DNA of 64,000 bases from Candidatus Krumholzibacteriota bacterium (GCA_022711765.1 JAKLEB010000002.1:1120620-1184619), one strand, 5' to 3'. Positions 49,448 through 60,183 are shown, counted from the first letter of the stretch. Notes: generated by a model from the letters alone, not told the origin. Numbers and translations are program-made.

Positions 49448-50974
49448 ATGCCTGGTACCGTCCTGAATCTCCCCGAGATCCTGCTGACCGACACGTTCAG
49501 CGGCAAGAAAGTGCCGCTCGCCACGCTCGTGCCCGGCGCGGTCGGGATCTACTGCTGCGGCCCCACGGTCTACGACCTGAGCCACGTCGGCCACGCGCGC
49601 GCCGCGCTCGTGCCGGACGTGATCGTGCGTTTCCTGCGCGCGCAGGGCTACCGGGTCAAGTACGTGCGGAACATCACCGACATCGACGACAAGATCATCG
49701 CCCGCGCGCAGCGCGACGGCATCGCCGCTGCGGACGTCGCGGAGCGCTTCGCCGCCGAGTACCACCGGGATCTCGACGCGCTCGGTATGCTGCGGCCCGA
49801 TGTCGAGCCGCGCGTGAGCGAGCACCTGCCCGAGATCGTCGCGCTGGTCGAGAACCTGGTCGCGAAGGGCCTGGCCTACGTGGTCGGCGGGGACGTCTAT
49901 TACCGGGTCGCCGCATTCCACCTCTACGGACGCCTGAGCGGCCGCAACCGCGCCGAGCTGCTCGACGGCGCCGGCAGCCGCGTCGAGGTGGACGAGCGCA
50001 AGGAGAGCCCGCTCGATTTCGCGCTCTGGAAGGCCGCCAAGCCCGGCGAGCCCGCGTGGGACAGCCCGTGGGGACCCGGTCGGCCGGGCTGGCACATCGA
50101 GTGCTCGGTCATGAGCTCGACCCACCTGGGCACGTCGTTCGACATCCACTGCGGAGGGCGCGACCTGATCTTCCCGCATCACGAGAACGAGATCGCGCAG
50201 AGCCAGGGCGCGTACGGCGAGCACACGTTCGCCCGCTACTGGGTCCACAACGGGTTCATCAACTTCGCCGGCGAGAAGATGTCCAAGAGTCTCGGCAATG
50301 TCTGGACGATCCGGCAGGTTCTCGACCTCTACCCGGCCGAGACCCTGCGCTACTTCCTGCTGACCGTGCACTACCGGACCGGCTTGAATTTCGAGATCGA
50401 GGAGCGGGCGACCGGCGTGCGGTTCCCGGGACTCGAGGACGCCGACGACCGGGTGGCGTACGTGTACGAGACGCTTGCCGGCGCCCGCGGCGAGCTCGGC
50501 GTCGCCTCGGGGAGCGACGCCGCGGGGGGAATCTCGCCGGGCGAGGTCACTCCGGGTGTCGCCGACCTGGCGGCGGCGTTCGCCGAGGCCATGCGCAACG
50601 ACTTCAACACGCCTGCCGCCCTGGGTGTCCTCAGCAAGCCGCTCGCCGAGGTCAACGGCCTGATCGGTTCCGGCAAGGGCGTCGCGCGGGACGTGCGGCG
50701 GCGGACCCTCGCGCGCTTTTTGGCCGACCTGCGGACGGTGTCCGCGGTGCTGGGGTGTTTCGGACAGGCCCCGGCAACCTTCCTCGCCACGCGGCGTGAC
50801 CTGAAGGCCGCGCGGATGGGCCTCGACACCGCGCGCGTGGAGCGCCTCGTCGCCGAGCGCGGCGCCGCCCGCGCCGCCCGCGACTGGGCGGCCGCCGACC
50901 GACTCCGCGACGAGCTGGCCGCGTTGGGGGTGGCGGTCAAGGACGGCCCCGCGGGGTCGGTCTGGAGTCTCTAA
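49448..50974 (+). CDS. cysS: Cysteine--tRNA ligase
   Basis: ORF 49238..50974. Start placed at the ATG at 49448 (MPGTVLNL). Class I aaRS HIGH-type motif (CGPTVYDLSHVGHAR) and KMSKS. Confidence 0.9.
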   Translation: MPGTVLNLPEILLTDTFSGKKVPLATLVPGAVGIYCCGPTVYDLSHVGHARAALVPDVIVRFLRAQGYRVKYVRNITDIDDKIIARAQRDGIAAADVAERFAAEYHRDLDALGMLRPDVEPRVSEHLPEIVALVENLVAKGLAYVVGGDVYYRVAAFHLYGRLSGRNRAELLDGAGSRVEVDERKESPLDFALWKAAKPGEPAWDSPWGPGRPGWHIECSVMSSTHLGTSFDIHCGGRDLIFPHHENEIAQSQGAYGEHTFARYWVHNGFINFAGEKMSKSLGNVWTIRQVLDLYPAETLRYFLLTVHYRTGLNFEIEERATGVRFPGLEDADDRVAYVYETLAGARGELGVASGSDAAGGISPGEVTPGVADLAAAFAEAMRNDFNTPAALGVLSKPLAEVNGLIGSGKGVARDVRRRTLARFLADLRTVSAVLGCFGQAPATFLATRRDLKAARMGLDTARVERLVAERGAARAARDWAAADRLRDELAALGVAVKDGPAGSVWSL

Positions 50975-51104
50975 AGGTCACCCGCAGTTTTTTCGCGAAA
51001 GTCGTTTCCGCCATTGCCGATCTATAGGTCGGAGCCTGCGGCCCGCGGATGCCGTCCGCGACGCCGCCGGCGCCGTGATCGGCCCATGGTCAAAAGAGGC
51101 GACG

Positions 51105-54100
51105 ATGAAGCGGCTCCTGGGCACGTGCGTCGGCTGGATCCTGGTATTCGCCGTTCCCGCCACCGCGGCGGACTCGCTCCGCGTGCGGCACATGTTCCGC
51201 CACCTGACCATCGAGGACGGGCTCTCGCAGAGTTCGGTCAACTGCCTGCTCCAGGACCGTTATGGCTTCGTGTGGCTGGGGACCCAGGACGGCCTCAACC
51301 GCTACGACGGTCACAGCTTCAAGGTCTGGAAGACCGATGCCGACGATCCGCTGACCCTCTCGGACGCCTACATCACCTGCGTCGCCGAGGACGAGACGGG
51401 GAACCTCTGGGTCGGCTCGGAGTCCTCGGGATTCGCCCTCTTCGACCGGGTCCTCTGGCGCTTCACCTACCTCTGCCCGGGGCCCCTTCGTTCGGCGAGC
51501 GAGACGGGGACCAACTACGAGGTCCTGGCGCTGACGATCGATCCCGGCGGCGCCGTGTGGGTCGGGACGCGGTCCCACGGTCTGCTGCGGCACGATCCCC
51601 AGACCGGCACGCAGCGGCCGTGGCCCGGTCTGCCGTCGACGGAAGTGTCGGCCCTCGAGGTCGACCGGGTCGGTCGGCTCTGGATCGGGACGGTCGACGG
51701 TCTCGCCTGCCTCGATCTGGGGACCGGCGAGCTGCAGGTGATCGATCGGACGACCCTCAGCTCCCGGCGCATCACGGCTCTCCGGGAATCCTCGACGGGT
51801 GATCTCTGGGTCGGCACGGACCGCGGGCTCGATCGCTGGGTGGCCGAGACCGGGACGTTCGAGACGCACGTGGCGGCGGGCGCACTGGCCCCGGGGGGAG
51901 TCAGGGCCATCGCCGAGGATCCGACGGGTGCCCTGTGGCTCGGCGGCGAGGGCGCCGGTCTGATGAAGTACGTGCCCGAGACCGGCGAACGGCAGATCTT
52001 CGCGCCGGATCTGATCAACTCGACCGCGTTACAGACGGCCAACGTCAAGGCGGTCATGGTCGACCAGGCCGGCGTGGTCTGGACGGGCCATGACCTCGGC
52101 GCGAGCCTCCTCGACGCCAACGCCAAGCAGTTCTATCACTTCCGCCACGAGCCGAGCGACGCCAACTCGATCAGCGACAATACCGTCTGGTCGATCATCG
52201 AGGACCGCCGCGGCCTCGTCTGGGTGGCGACCAACCACGGCCTCAACCGCTTCGATCCCACGACAGGCCGGGTCGAGCGGTTGATGGCTGAGCCGGGCAA
52301 TCCCCTGCGGCCCGAGAACGACCGGACGACCGCCCTGCGCGAGGACAGCCAGGGCCGGATCTGGCTGGGCAACTCCCAGGGCGCGTTGAACTGCTACTCG
52401 CCCGAGACGGGTCGCTTCGAGAAATTCCGGCAGGATTCGACCGGAGTCGACGGCGCGCCGAGCCTGCGCGTCTACGATGTCGAGGAGAGTCGCGACGGCA
52501 CGATCTGGATGGCCACCTTCGACGGCGTGCAGGCCTGGGATCCCCGCACCGGCCGTTTCACCGGCTACTTCCTGGCCCCGGGCGGCATCTTCGACCTCGG
52601 CGGCAACGCGTGCAAGACGCTCGAGATCGAGCCCGACGGCGCACTGTGGCTGGGCACCTGGGGCATCGGCGTGATGCGGATCGATCCCCTCACCCAGAGC
52701 CGCCGCCACTACCGGCACGAATCGACGGACCGCCAGACCCTCTCGAGCGACACCGTGACGGCCCTGCTGCGCGATCGGCACGGCCGCATCTGGGTCGGGA
52801 CGGGCTCCGGGCTCAATCGCCTCGATCCGGCGACCGGGCTTTGCGTCCGGCTGACCGAGAAGGACGGGTTGCCCAACAACACGATCTACGCGCTGAGCGA
52901 AGACCAGGACGGGCGCATCTGGGCCAGCAGCAACTTCGGGCTGGTCTGCCTGGATCCCGAGACGCTCGTCTTCGACCACTACCAGGCCAAGGACGGCTGC
53001 CAGAGCAACGAGTTCAACATGGGCGCCGCCTCGTACGGCGCGAGCGGCCGAATGTACTTCGGCGGCATCAACGGCTTCAACGTCTTCTACCCGGGACAGA
53101 TCAAGGCCAACCAGTACGTGCCGCCGGTCGTGATCACCGACTTCCAGATCAACAACCATAGCGTCGAGGTCGGCAAGCCGAACCGCGGGCGCGAACTGCT
53201 CACGCGGCCGATCTACCTGACCGACCAGCTCGCCCTGGACTACCGGGACCACGTCATCTCGTTCGCCTTCACCTCGCTGCACTTCGCGGCGCCCGAGAAG
53301 AACCGCTACGCCTATCTGCTCGAGGGCTTCGACCTGGACTGGACCGACGCCGGCAACCGGACCCACGCCACCTACACGAACCTGCCGGCCGGCCACTACA
53401 TCTTCCGCGTCCGCGGCACGAACAGCGACGGCGTCTGGAACGAGGAGGGCGCCGCGGTCGCCGTCACGATCAGCCCGCCCTTCTGGCAGACGCCGTGGTT
53501 CCTCACCCTGGCGGCGCTGGCCGGCCTGAGCGCGATCAACGGGATCATCCGCTACCGCACGCGCCTGATGAAGGTGCGCACCCAGGACCTCGAGAAGCGG
53601 GTTGCCCGGCGGACCGCCGACCTCACGCGCGCCAATCACTTCCTGCAGCAGGAGATCACCGAGCGCCGCCGGGTCGAGGAGGCGCTGCGGATCGCCAAGG
53701 AGCAGGCGGAGGAGGCGACGCGCGCCAAGAGTGAATTCCTCGCCAACATGAGCCACGAGATCCGGACGCCCATGAACGGCGTCCTCGGCATGACCTCGGT
53801 CCTCCTGGAAGGCGACCTCGCGCCGGAGCATCGCGAGCACCTGGAGGTCGTGTACGCGAGCGCGCGGAACCTGCTGAGCATCATCAACGACATCCTCGAC
53901 TTCTCGAAGATCGAGGCCGGCAAGCTCGAGCTCGAGTCCATCGACTTCGACCTGCGCTGCATCGTGGAGGAGGTCGCCGAGATGCTGGCGCCGCGGGCGC
54001 GCGACCGGGGGCTGCAGTTCCACCTGCTCGTCGGCCACGACGTCCCGGCCAGCGTGCGGGGCGATCCCGTCCGCACGCGCCAGATCCTGGTCAACCTGGT

Positions 54101-55304
54101 GAACAACGCGGTGAAGTTCACGGACAAGGGACACGTCGAGGTCAAGGTCACCCTCGACGGCCAGAACGAAGGAGGCGTCAGCCTGCGCTTCGAGGTCGCC
54201 GACACGGGCGTGGGCATTCCCGCCGATCGGATGGACCGGCTCTTCGAGTCGTTCTCCCAGGTGGATACGTCGACGACGCGCCAGTACGGCGGCACCGGGC
54301 TCGGCCTCGCGATCTGCAAGCAGCTGATCGACCTGATGCACGGCGAGATCGGCGTCGAGAGCGCGGTGGACCAGGGCACCACGTTCTGGTACCGGATCGA
54401 CTTCGGCCAGAGCGCCCAGCCAGCGGCCGACGAGCCCATCGGTGGTCGCGTGCTCCTGATCATCCCGGATTCCCGGACGCGCGACGTGGTCGCGGAGACC
54501 GTCCGCTTCCTCGGCTGCGAGTGCATCGCCCCGTCGATCGACGGCGACGCCGGCGAAGCGGCGCTCGCGGCCCTCGACCGGCAACCGGACGTCCTCGCGG
54601 TGATCGCGGGCGCCTGGAGCCAGGATCCCGCGACCCGCGAGGTTCCCCGCAAGCTCCGGGCGGCCCGGGGGCTGCCGATCCCGCCCTGCCTGACGCTGTT
54701 CTGCCTCGGCGAGCCGCTGGACGGCGACGACCTGCGCGCCGCCGGATTCGCCGGGTGGGTCAGCCGCCCGGTGCGCCACCGCAAGCTCCGCGACGCGCTG
54801 CTGGCGATCGCCGCGGGTCGGACCGCGCCTCAGGAGCTGCTCGTTCCCCGGCGTCCGGCGGCGCCGGCGCCCGCGGTCCGCCCGGCGGCGTCGGCCGGCA
54901 CGGCGACCCAACTGCCGCTGCTCCTCGCCGAGGACAACCCGGTCAACCAGAAGGTCGCCAGCATCCTGCTGCGCAAGCAGGGTCACCAGGTCGAGGTGGT
55001 CGGCAATGGAGCGGAGGCGCTGGCCGCGCTCGCGCAGCGGCGGTTCGCCCTGGTGTTCATGGACGTCCAGATGCCGGTGATGGACGGGTACGAGGCTGTC
55101 CGGCGGATCCGAGCGGGCGAGGACGGCGTGCTGGAGCCCCGTGTTCCGATCATCGCGCTGACGGCGCACGCGATGAAGGGCGACCGGCAGCGCTGCCTGG
55201 ACGCCGGGATGGACGACTACCTCGCCAAGCCGATCGACCAGAAGTCGCTGGTCGCCCTGCTCGAGCGATATCTGGGTGCGGCGGAGCCTGTCGTTGCTAA
55301 ATAG
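51105..55304 (+). CDS. Very large hybrid sensor histidine kinase (~1400 aa): beta-propeller sensor, HisKA/HATPase, and two receiver-like domains
   Basis: ORF 51075..55304. Start placed at the ATG at 51105 (MKRLLGTCVGWILVFAVPATA signal). Two-component regulator propeller repeats plus a Y_Y_Y domain. TM segment and coiled coil. NMSHEIRTPMNGV H-box, HATPase. An intermediate pseudo-receiver and a C-terminal receiver (FMDVQMPVMDG). Confidence 0.85.
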   Translation: MKRLLGTCVGWILVFAVPATAADSLRVRHMFRHLTIEDGLSQSSVNCLLQDRYGFVWLGTQDGLNRYDGHSFKVWKTDADDPLTLSDAYITCVAEDETGNLWVGSESSGFALFDRVLWRFTYLCPGPLRSASETGTNYEVLALTIDPGGAVWVGTRSHGLLRHDPQTGTQRPWPGLPSTEVSALEVDRVGRLWIGTVDGLACLDLGTGELQVIDRTTLSSRRITALRESSTGDLWVGTDRGLDRWVAETGTFETHVAAGALAPGGVRAIAEDPTGALWLGGEGAGLMKYVPETGERQIFAPDLINSTALQTANVKAVMVDQAGVVWTGHDLGASLLDANAKQFYHFRHEPSDANSISDNTVWSIIEDRRGLVWVATNHGLNRFDPTTGRVERLMAEPGNPLRPENDRTTALREDSQGRIWLGNSQGALNCYSPETGRFEKFRQDSTGVDGAPSLRVYDVEESRDGTIWMATFDGVQAWDPRTGRFTGYFLAPGGIFDLGGNACKTLEIEPDGALWLGTWGIGVMRIDPLTQSRRHYRHESTDRQTLSSDTVTALLRDRHGRIWVGTGSGLNRLDPATGLCVRLTEKDGLPNNTIYALSEDQDGRIWASSNFGLVCLDPETLVFDHYQAKDGCQSNEFNMGAASYGASGRMYFGGINGFNVFYPGQIKANQYVPPVVITDFQINNHSVEVGKPNRGRELLTRPIYLTDQLALDYRDHVISFAFTSLHFAAPEKNRYAYLLEGFDLDWTDAGNRTHATYTNLPAGHYIFRVRGTNSDGVWNEEGAAVAVTISPPFWQTPWFLTLAALAGLSAINGIIRYRTRLMKVRTQDLEKRVARRTADLTRANHFLQQEITERRRVEEALRIAKEQAEEATRAKSEFLANMSHEIRTPMNGVLGMTSVLLEGDLAPEHREHLEVVYASARNLLSIINDILDFSKIEAGKLELESIDFDLRCIVEEVAEMLAPRARDRGLQFHLLVGHDVPASVRGDPVRTRQILVNLVNNAVKFTDKGHVEVKVTLDGQNEGGVSLRFEVADTGVGIPADRMDRLFESFSQVDTSTTRQYGGTGLGLAICKQLIDLMHGEIGVESAVDQGTTFWYRIDFGQSAQPAADEPIGGRVLLIIPDSRTRDVVAETVRFLGCECIAPSIDGDAGEAALAALDRQPDVLAVIAGAWSQDPATREVPRKLRAARGLPIPPCLTLFCLGEPLDGDDLRAAGFAGWVSRPVRHRKLRDALLAIAAGRTAPQELLVPRRPAAPAPAVRPAASAGTATQLPLLLAEDNPVNQKVASILLRKQGHQVEVVGNGAEALAALAQRRFALVFMDVQMPVMDGYEAVRRIRAGEDGVLEPRVPIIALTAHAMKGDRQRCLDAGMDDYLAKPIDQKSLVALLERYLGAAEPVVAK

Positions 55305-55368
55305 CTAGTTTAAATATAGGCTTTCCTCGGTCACGAGACGCACGTCCCTTGCCGAGGAGCCTTCAAAG

Positions 55369-56235
55369 ATGCGCCGCCTGATCGTACTCGCCCTCGTCAT
55401 CGCGGTAGCCGGCTGCAGCGGGCAGCCGACGTCCCGACCGGTCCTGAAGTACACGGCGATCCCCGACCAGAACACGACCGAGCTCATCGCGAAGTTCGCG
55501 CCGCTCAGCGCGCACCTCGGCCAGGTGCTCGGCGTGCCGGTCGAATATGTCCCGGCTCGCGACTACCAGGCCTCCGTCGAGATGTTCCGCAACGGCGACG
55601 TCCATTTCGCCTGGTTCGGCGGCCTGACGGGGGTGCAGGCGCGGGCGGCCGTTCCGGGGGCGAAGGCGATCGCCCAGGGGTCCGACGACCCGACGTACTT
55701 CTCGTACTTCATCTGCAACGCGAGCGCCGGCCTCGAACCCGGCGAGACGTTCCCGTTCGCCATCAAGGACCTCGCCTTCACGTTCGGGTCGGAGAGCAGC
55801 ACGAGCGGTCGCCTGATGCCGGAGTACTTCATCAAGGAGAACACGGGCCAGTCCCCGCCGGAGTTCTTCAGCCAGCCGATCGGATTCTCCGGCAGCCATG
55901 ACAAGACGTGCGAGCTGGTCGAGGCGGGCCGTTACCAGGCCGGCGTGGTCAACTTCAAGGTCTTCGACCAGCGCATCGCGGCGGGTATGACGGATTCGAC
56001 GAAGGTCGAGGTCATCTGGCAGACGCCGCGCTACGCCGATTACAACTTCACCGCGCACCCCGCGATCGAGACGGTGTTCGGCGCCGGCTTCACCGGCCGC
56101 CTGCAGCAGGCGCTCGTCGCGATCGACGACCCGGCGCTGTTGCGGGCGCTGCCGCGGGATCGGCTGATCCCGGCGAGCGACGAGGAGTACGCGGGCATCG
56201 AGGCGGTGGCCCGCGATCTGGGGATGCTGCGCTAG
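55369..56235 (+). CDS. phnD: Phosphonate/phosphite ABC transporter substrate-binding lipoprotein
   Basis: ORF in the track, 288 aa. Lipoprotein signal VAGCSG. PhnD/SsuA-type binding protein. GAGGAG ribosome-binding site. Confidence 0.75.
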   Translation: MRRLIVLALVIAVAGCSGQPTSRPVLKYTAIPDQNTTELIAKFAPLSAHLGQVLGVPVEYVPARDYQASVEMFRNGDVHFAWFGGLTGVQARAAVPGAKAIAQGSDDPTYFSYFICNASAGLEPGETFPFAIKDLAFTFGSESSTSGRLMPEYFIKENTGQSPPEFFSQPIGFSGSHDKTCELVEAGRYQAGVVNFKVFDQRIAAGMTDSTKVEVIWQTPRYADYNFTAHPAIETVFGAGFTGRLQQALVAIDDPALLRALPRDRLIPASDEEYAGIEAVARDLGMLR

Positions 56236-56236
56236 C

Positions 56237-57013
56237 ATGACCGGACGTTTCGCGCTCGCCGACGTGACCGTCCGCTACGGGAGCCAGACGGCGCTCCGGG
56301 CGGTCACGCTCACGATCCGCGCCGCCGAGCGGATCGCGCTGGTCGGACCGAGCGGAGCGGGCAAGACGACCCTCCTGCGCCTGCTGAACGGGAGCGCCCG
56401 CGCGACCGCGGGCCGGGTGTCGGCCGACGGCCGCGACCTCGCCGGGCTGGCGCGAGCCGACCTGCGCCGATTGCGGGCGGCGATCGGCGTCGTGCACCAG
56501 GACCTGCGCCTGGTCGACAACCTGCGCGTGAGCCAGAACGTCCTGGCCGGCGGCTTCGGGCGCCAGGGATTCTGGGGCTCCGTACGGGCGATGGTCCGGC
56601 CTCGGCGCCAGGACCTCGCCCGGGCACACGCCATCCTCGAGCGCGTGGGCATCGGCGAGGCCCTGTTCCAGCGCGTCGACCGCCTCTCGGGCGGCCAGCA
56701 GCAACGGGTCGCGATCGCCCGCGCGCTCTACCAGGAACCGCACGTCCTGCTCGCCGACGAGCCGGTCGCGAGCGTCGACCCCGCCCGCGCGCGCGATACC
56801 GTCGCCCTGTTGACCGACGTCTGTCGCGAGCGCGAACTCACCCTGGTGATGAGCCTGCACAATCTCGACCTCGCCCGCGAATTCTTCCCGCGGCTGGTCG
56901 GGCTGCGGGAGGGCGCCGTCATCTTCGACGGCCCGCCCGCGGCGCTGGGCGGAGAATCGTACCGGGACCTCTACCGGCTGCCGCCCCTCGCGAGGTCGCT
57001 CGATGGCACCTGA
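56237..57013 (+). CDS. phnC: Phosphonate ABC transporter ATP-binding protein
   Basis: ORF in the track. Walker A GPSGAGKTT, LSGGQQQRV signature, Walker B LLADEP. Confidence 0.8.
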   Translation: MTGRFALADVTVRYGSQTALRAVTLTIRAAERIALVGPSGAGKTTLLRLLNGSARATAGRVSADGRDLAGLARADLRRLRAAIGVVHQDLRLVDNLRVSQNVLAGGFGRQGFWGSVRAMVRPRRQDLARAHAILERVGIGEALFQRVDRLSGGQQQRVAIARALYQEPHVLLADEPVASVDPARARDTVALLTDVCRERELTLVMSLHNLDLAREFFPRLVGLREGAVIFDGPPAALGGESYRDLYRLPPLARSLDGT

Positions 57014-57863
57014 ACGCGCTCTCGTGGTCCGCGGGTCCGGACCAGGTGGAGCCCGGCTGGCGGTCTTCCTCCTGCTGGCGGCCGCGGGACTCTGGGCCGC
57101 GCTCGTCCTGGACCTGGATCCGCGCCGGCTCTGGCCAGGCCGCGAAGGCTGGCAGCTGGGGGCCGAGTTCTTCGGCCGCGCCCTGCGTCCCGCGCTCGCG
57201 CGTGAAGGCGCCGATCTGCCGCCCGACCTGCCGCCCCTGTGGTGGCAAGCGACGCGCGCGGCCTGGCGGACGGTCTCCTTCGCCGCCGCCGCGATGCTGC
57301 CGGCGCTCGCGGGCGGCCTCCTGCTCGGATTCGGCGGCGCGACCGCCTGGTGGGCCGGCGGCCGGCGTTCCTGGCTCGGCCCGGCCGTGACCGCCGCGTG
57401 CCGCCTGGCTTCCGTCGGCCTGCGCTCCGTGCACGAGCTGCTCTGGGCGGTGCTGCTCCTGGCGGTCTTCGGGGTGACGCCGCTGGCGGCCGTGGTCGCG
57501 CTCGCCCTGCCGTACGCCGGCACCCTGGGGAAGATCTTCGCGGAGCTGATCGACGAGGCGCCCCGGGGGCCGGCCGGCGCGCTCCGCGACGCGGGCGCCC
57601 TCCCCGTCCAGGTCTTCCTGTTCGGCCTCCTGCCGCGCGCCCTGCCCGACATGACCGCGTACTCGCTCTACCGCTTCGAATGCGCGCTCCGGTCGGCCGC
57701 GGTCCTGGGTTTCTTCGGATTCCCGACCCTCGGCTACTACATCTCGGCCAGCTTCGAGAATCTCTACTACGGCGAGGTATGGTTCTACCTGTACGTCTTG
57801 CTCGCGCTGGTGGCCGGCGTGGACTGGTGGAGCGGCGCGATCCGCCGGAGGCTCGGGCGATGA
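57003..57863 (+). CDS. phnE: Phosphonate ABC transporter permease
   Basis: ORF in the track, 286 aa. Multi-TM PhnE-type permease. Overlaps the phnC stop. Confidence 0.7.
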   Translation: MAPERALVVRGSGPGGARLAVFLLLAAAGLWAALVLDLDPRRLWPGREGWQLGAEFFGRALRPALAREGADLPPDLPPLWWQATRAAWRTVSFAAAAMLPALAGGLLLGFGGATAWWAGGRRSWLGPAVTAACRLASVGLRSVHELLWAVLLLAVFGVTPLAAVVALALPYAGTLGKIFAELIDEAPRGPAGALRDAGALPVQVFLFGLLPRALPDMTAYSLYRFECALRSAAVLGFFGFPTLGYYISASFENLYYGEVWFYLYVLLALVAGVDWWSGAIRRRLGR

Positions 57864-58774
57864 CGGCGCGCGAGGCCACGATCCGCCGCCTGCGCGCCGA
57901 GCGCCCCCGCAGCCGGTTCTTGCGGGCGAGCGGCTGGGCGGTCGTCGGTCTCGTCGCCGTCAGCTGGGCCCTCGGCGGATTCCTCGCCGAACCCGCCTGG
58001 TCGGCGGGCCGCGCCGCCAACCTGCGGCGGCTGCTCCACGAGGTCGTCCCCTATCCGCTGCAGGGCGCCGATTGGAGCTGGTCGGTCGCCGCGACCTGGC
58101 TGGGCGGCATCTGGCGCGACTACCTCGGGGAGGCCACCTTCAGCACCCTCGCCACGAGCGTGGCGGCGATCCTGCTCGCCGGATCGCTCGGCGCGTTCCT
58201 CGTGCCGTGGGCCGCGCGCGGCTTCGCGTGCCCGGAACCCTTCCTGACCGATCCCGTCGCGCCGCGGTGGCCGGTCCGGCTCGCCTGGGGTGCCGTCGTG
58301 GTCGTCGCGCGGGCCCTGCTGACCCTGCTGCGCTCGATCCCGGAGTACGTGTGGGCCTTCCTCCTGATCGCGCTCTACGGTCCGACCGCCTGGCCCCTGG
58401 TGCTGGCGCTGGCGCTGCACAACGCCGGCATCCTCGGCAAGCTCACGGCCGACCTCGTCGAGCACCTCGAACAGCCGACCCTCGCGGCCCTGCGCGGGCT
58501 CGGCGCCAGGCGCCGGCAGATCGTCTTCGCCGGGATCTTCCCGCTCTCGGTGAACCGATTCCTGCTGTACCTCTTCTACCGCTGGGAGACCTGCGTCCGC
58601 GAGGCCACGGTCCTCGGGATGCTGGGGCTCGCATCGCTCGGCTTCTGGATCCAGGACGCCCGGGCTCGCAACCATTACGACGAGATGGTGCTCGTGATGG
58701 CGGCGGGCGGCCTGCTCGTGACGGCCGGCGATCTGGTCTCCGCGCTCGCGCGCGAACTGGTCAGGCGGACCTGA
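57860..58774 (+). CDS. phnE: Phosphonate ABC transporter permease (second PhnE paralog)
   Basis: 3' part of the track ORF 57239..58774. Start placed at the ATG at 57860 (MTAREATIRRL), overlapping the upstream stop (ATGA). Confidence 0.65.
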   Translation: MTAREATIRRLRAERPRSRFLRASGWAVVGLVAVSWALGGFLAEPAWSAGRAANLRRLLHEVVPYPLQGADWSWSVAATWLGGIWRDYLGEATFSTLATSVAAILLAGSLGAFLVPWAARGFACPEPFLTDPVAPRWPVRLAWGAVVVVARALLTLLRSIPEYVWAFLLIALYGPTAWPLVLALALHNAGILGKLTADLVEHLEQPTLAALRGLGARRRQIVFAGIFPLSVNRFLLYLFYRWETCVREATVLGMLGLASLGFWIQDARARNHYDEMVLVMAAGGLLVTAGDLVSALARELVRRT

Positions 58775-58815
58775 GCGCGCTATCGTTGGCGCGACCTCGC
58801 CGCGGAGGAATCGCC

Positions 58816-60183
58816 GTGACCGCCGTTGACCGCGTCCATCCCGATCGGGTCCGCGCGCTGCGCGCCGGCGACGTCGGCACCGGTCCGGTCGTCTGCTGGC
58901 TGCGCCGCGACCAGCGCGTCCGCGACAACTGGGCGTTGCTCTACGCGCAGGACCTGGCCCTCGCGTCGGCGCAGCCGCTCGCGGTCGCGTTCTGCCTCGT
59001 GCCCGAGTTCCTGGGCGCGACGCGCCGGACGTTCGCCTTCATGCTGGCCGGCCTGCGGCAGGTCGCTCGCGACCTGCAGGCCCTGGGCATCCCGTTCCTG
59101 CTCGTGCGCGGCGATCCGGGCCGCGAGATCCCGCGGCTCGTCGCGCGCGCGGGCGCTGGCTGCCTGGTGACGGACTTCAACCCGCTGCGCCCGAGCCGCG
59201 CGTGGGAGGACGCCGTGGCGGCGCGGGTCCGCGTGCCCGTCCGCCAGGTCGATGCGCACAACGTGGTGCCGGCCTGGCGCGCGAGCGGCAAAGAGGAGTA
59301 CGCGGCGCGGACGATCCGGCCGAAGCTGCAGCGCCTCCTGCCGACCTTTCTCGGGGAATTTCCCCGGCTGCGCCGGCATCCATATCCGTGGCCTGCGGAT
59401 CCGCCGCCAGCCGACTGGTCGCTCGCGGCGCCCGCCGCGGGGCCGGCGATCGCGTGGTGCGACCCCGGCGAGGCCGCCGCGCGCGCCGCGCTCGCGCGGT
59501 TCCTGTCCACGCGGATCGCCGCCTACGACACGGCGCGCAACGATCCCACCGTCGCCGGCCAGTCCGACCTCTCCCCGTACCTGCACTTCGGTCAGCTGGC
59601 GCCGCAGCGCGTCGCGCTGGACGCGGCGCGGTCGCCGGCCGACGCGGGCCGGGACGCGTTCCTGGAGGAGCTGATCGTCCGCCGGGAGCTGGCCGACAAT
59701 TTCTGCCACTACAACCACGATTACGACCGGTTCGAGGGTCTGCCAGCCTGGGGACGCCGCACGCTCGAGGACCACGCGGACGACCCGCGCGAACATGTCT
59801 ACGACGTCGGCGAGCTCGCGGCGGCCGCGACCCACGATCCGCTCTGGAACGCTGCGCAGACGGAGCTGGTCGCGCGCGGCAAGATGCACGGGTACCTCCG
59901 CATGTACTGGGCGAAGAAGATCCTCGAGTGGACCCGCGACCCCGGCGAGGCGCTCGACGCGGCGATCGCCCTGAACGATCGCTACTCGCTCGACGGACGC
60001 GATCCGAGCGGCTACGCCGGTTGCGCCTGGTCGATCGGCGGCCTGCACGACCGTCCGTGGTCCGAGCGCCCGGTCTTCGGCAAGATCCGCTTCATGAACC
60101 TGGCCGGTTGCCGCCGCAAGTTCCGAGTCGACCGCTACGTCGAGCGGATGGCGCGTCTCGGCGACCCGGAGGTCTCCGCATGA
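58816..60183 (+). CDS. phr: Class II CPD deoxyribodipyrimidine photolyase
   Basis: 3' part of the track ORF 58072..60183. In-frame GTG start at 58816 after a GGAGG ribosome-binding site (VTAVDRV...). Class II signature GKMHGYLRMYWAKKILEW. FAD-binding domain. Confidence 0.8.
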   Translation: MTAVDRVHPDRVRALRAGDVGTGPVVCWLRRDQRVRDNWALLYAQDLALASAQPLAVAFCLVPEFLGATRRTFAFMLAGLRQVARDLQALGIPFLLVRGDPGREIPRLVARAGAGCLVTDFNPLRPSRAWEDAVAARVRVPVRQVDAHNVVPAWRASGKEEYAARTIRPKLQRLLPTFLGEFPRLRRHPYPWPADPPPADWSLAAPAAGPAIAWCDPGEAAARAALARFLSTRIAAYDTARNDPTVAGQSDLSPYLHFGQLAPQRVALDAARSPADAGRDAFLEELIVRRELADNFCHYNHDYDRFEGLPAWGRRTLEDHADDPREHVYDVGELAAAATHDPLWNAAQTELVARGKMHGYLRMYWAKKILEWTRDPGEALDAAIALNDRYSLDGRDPSGYAGCAWSIGGLHDRPWSERPVFGKIRFMNLAGCRRKFRVDRYVERMARLGDPEVSA

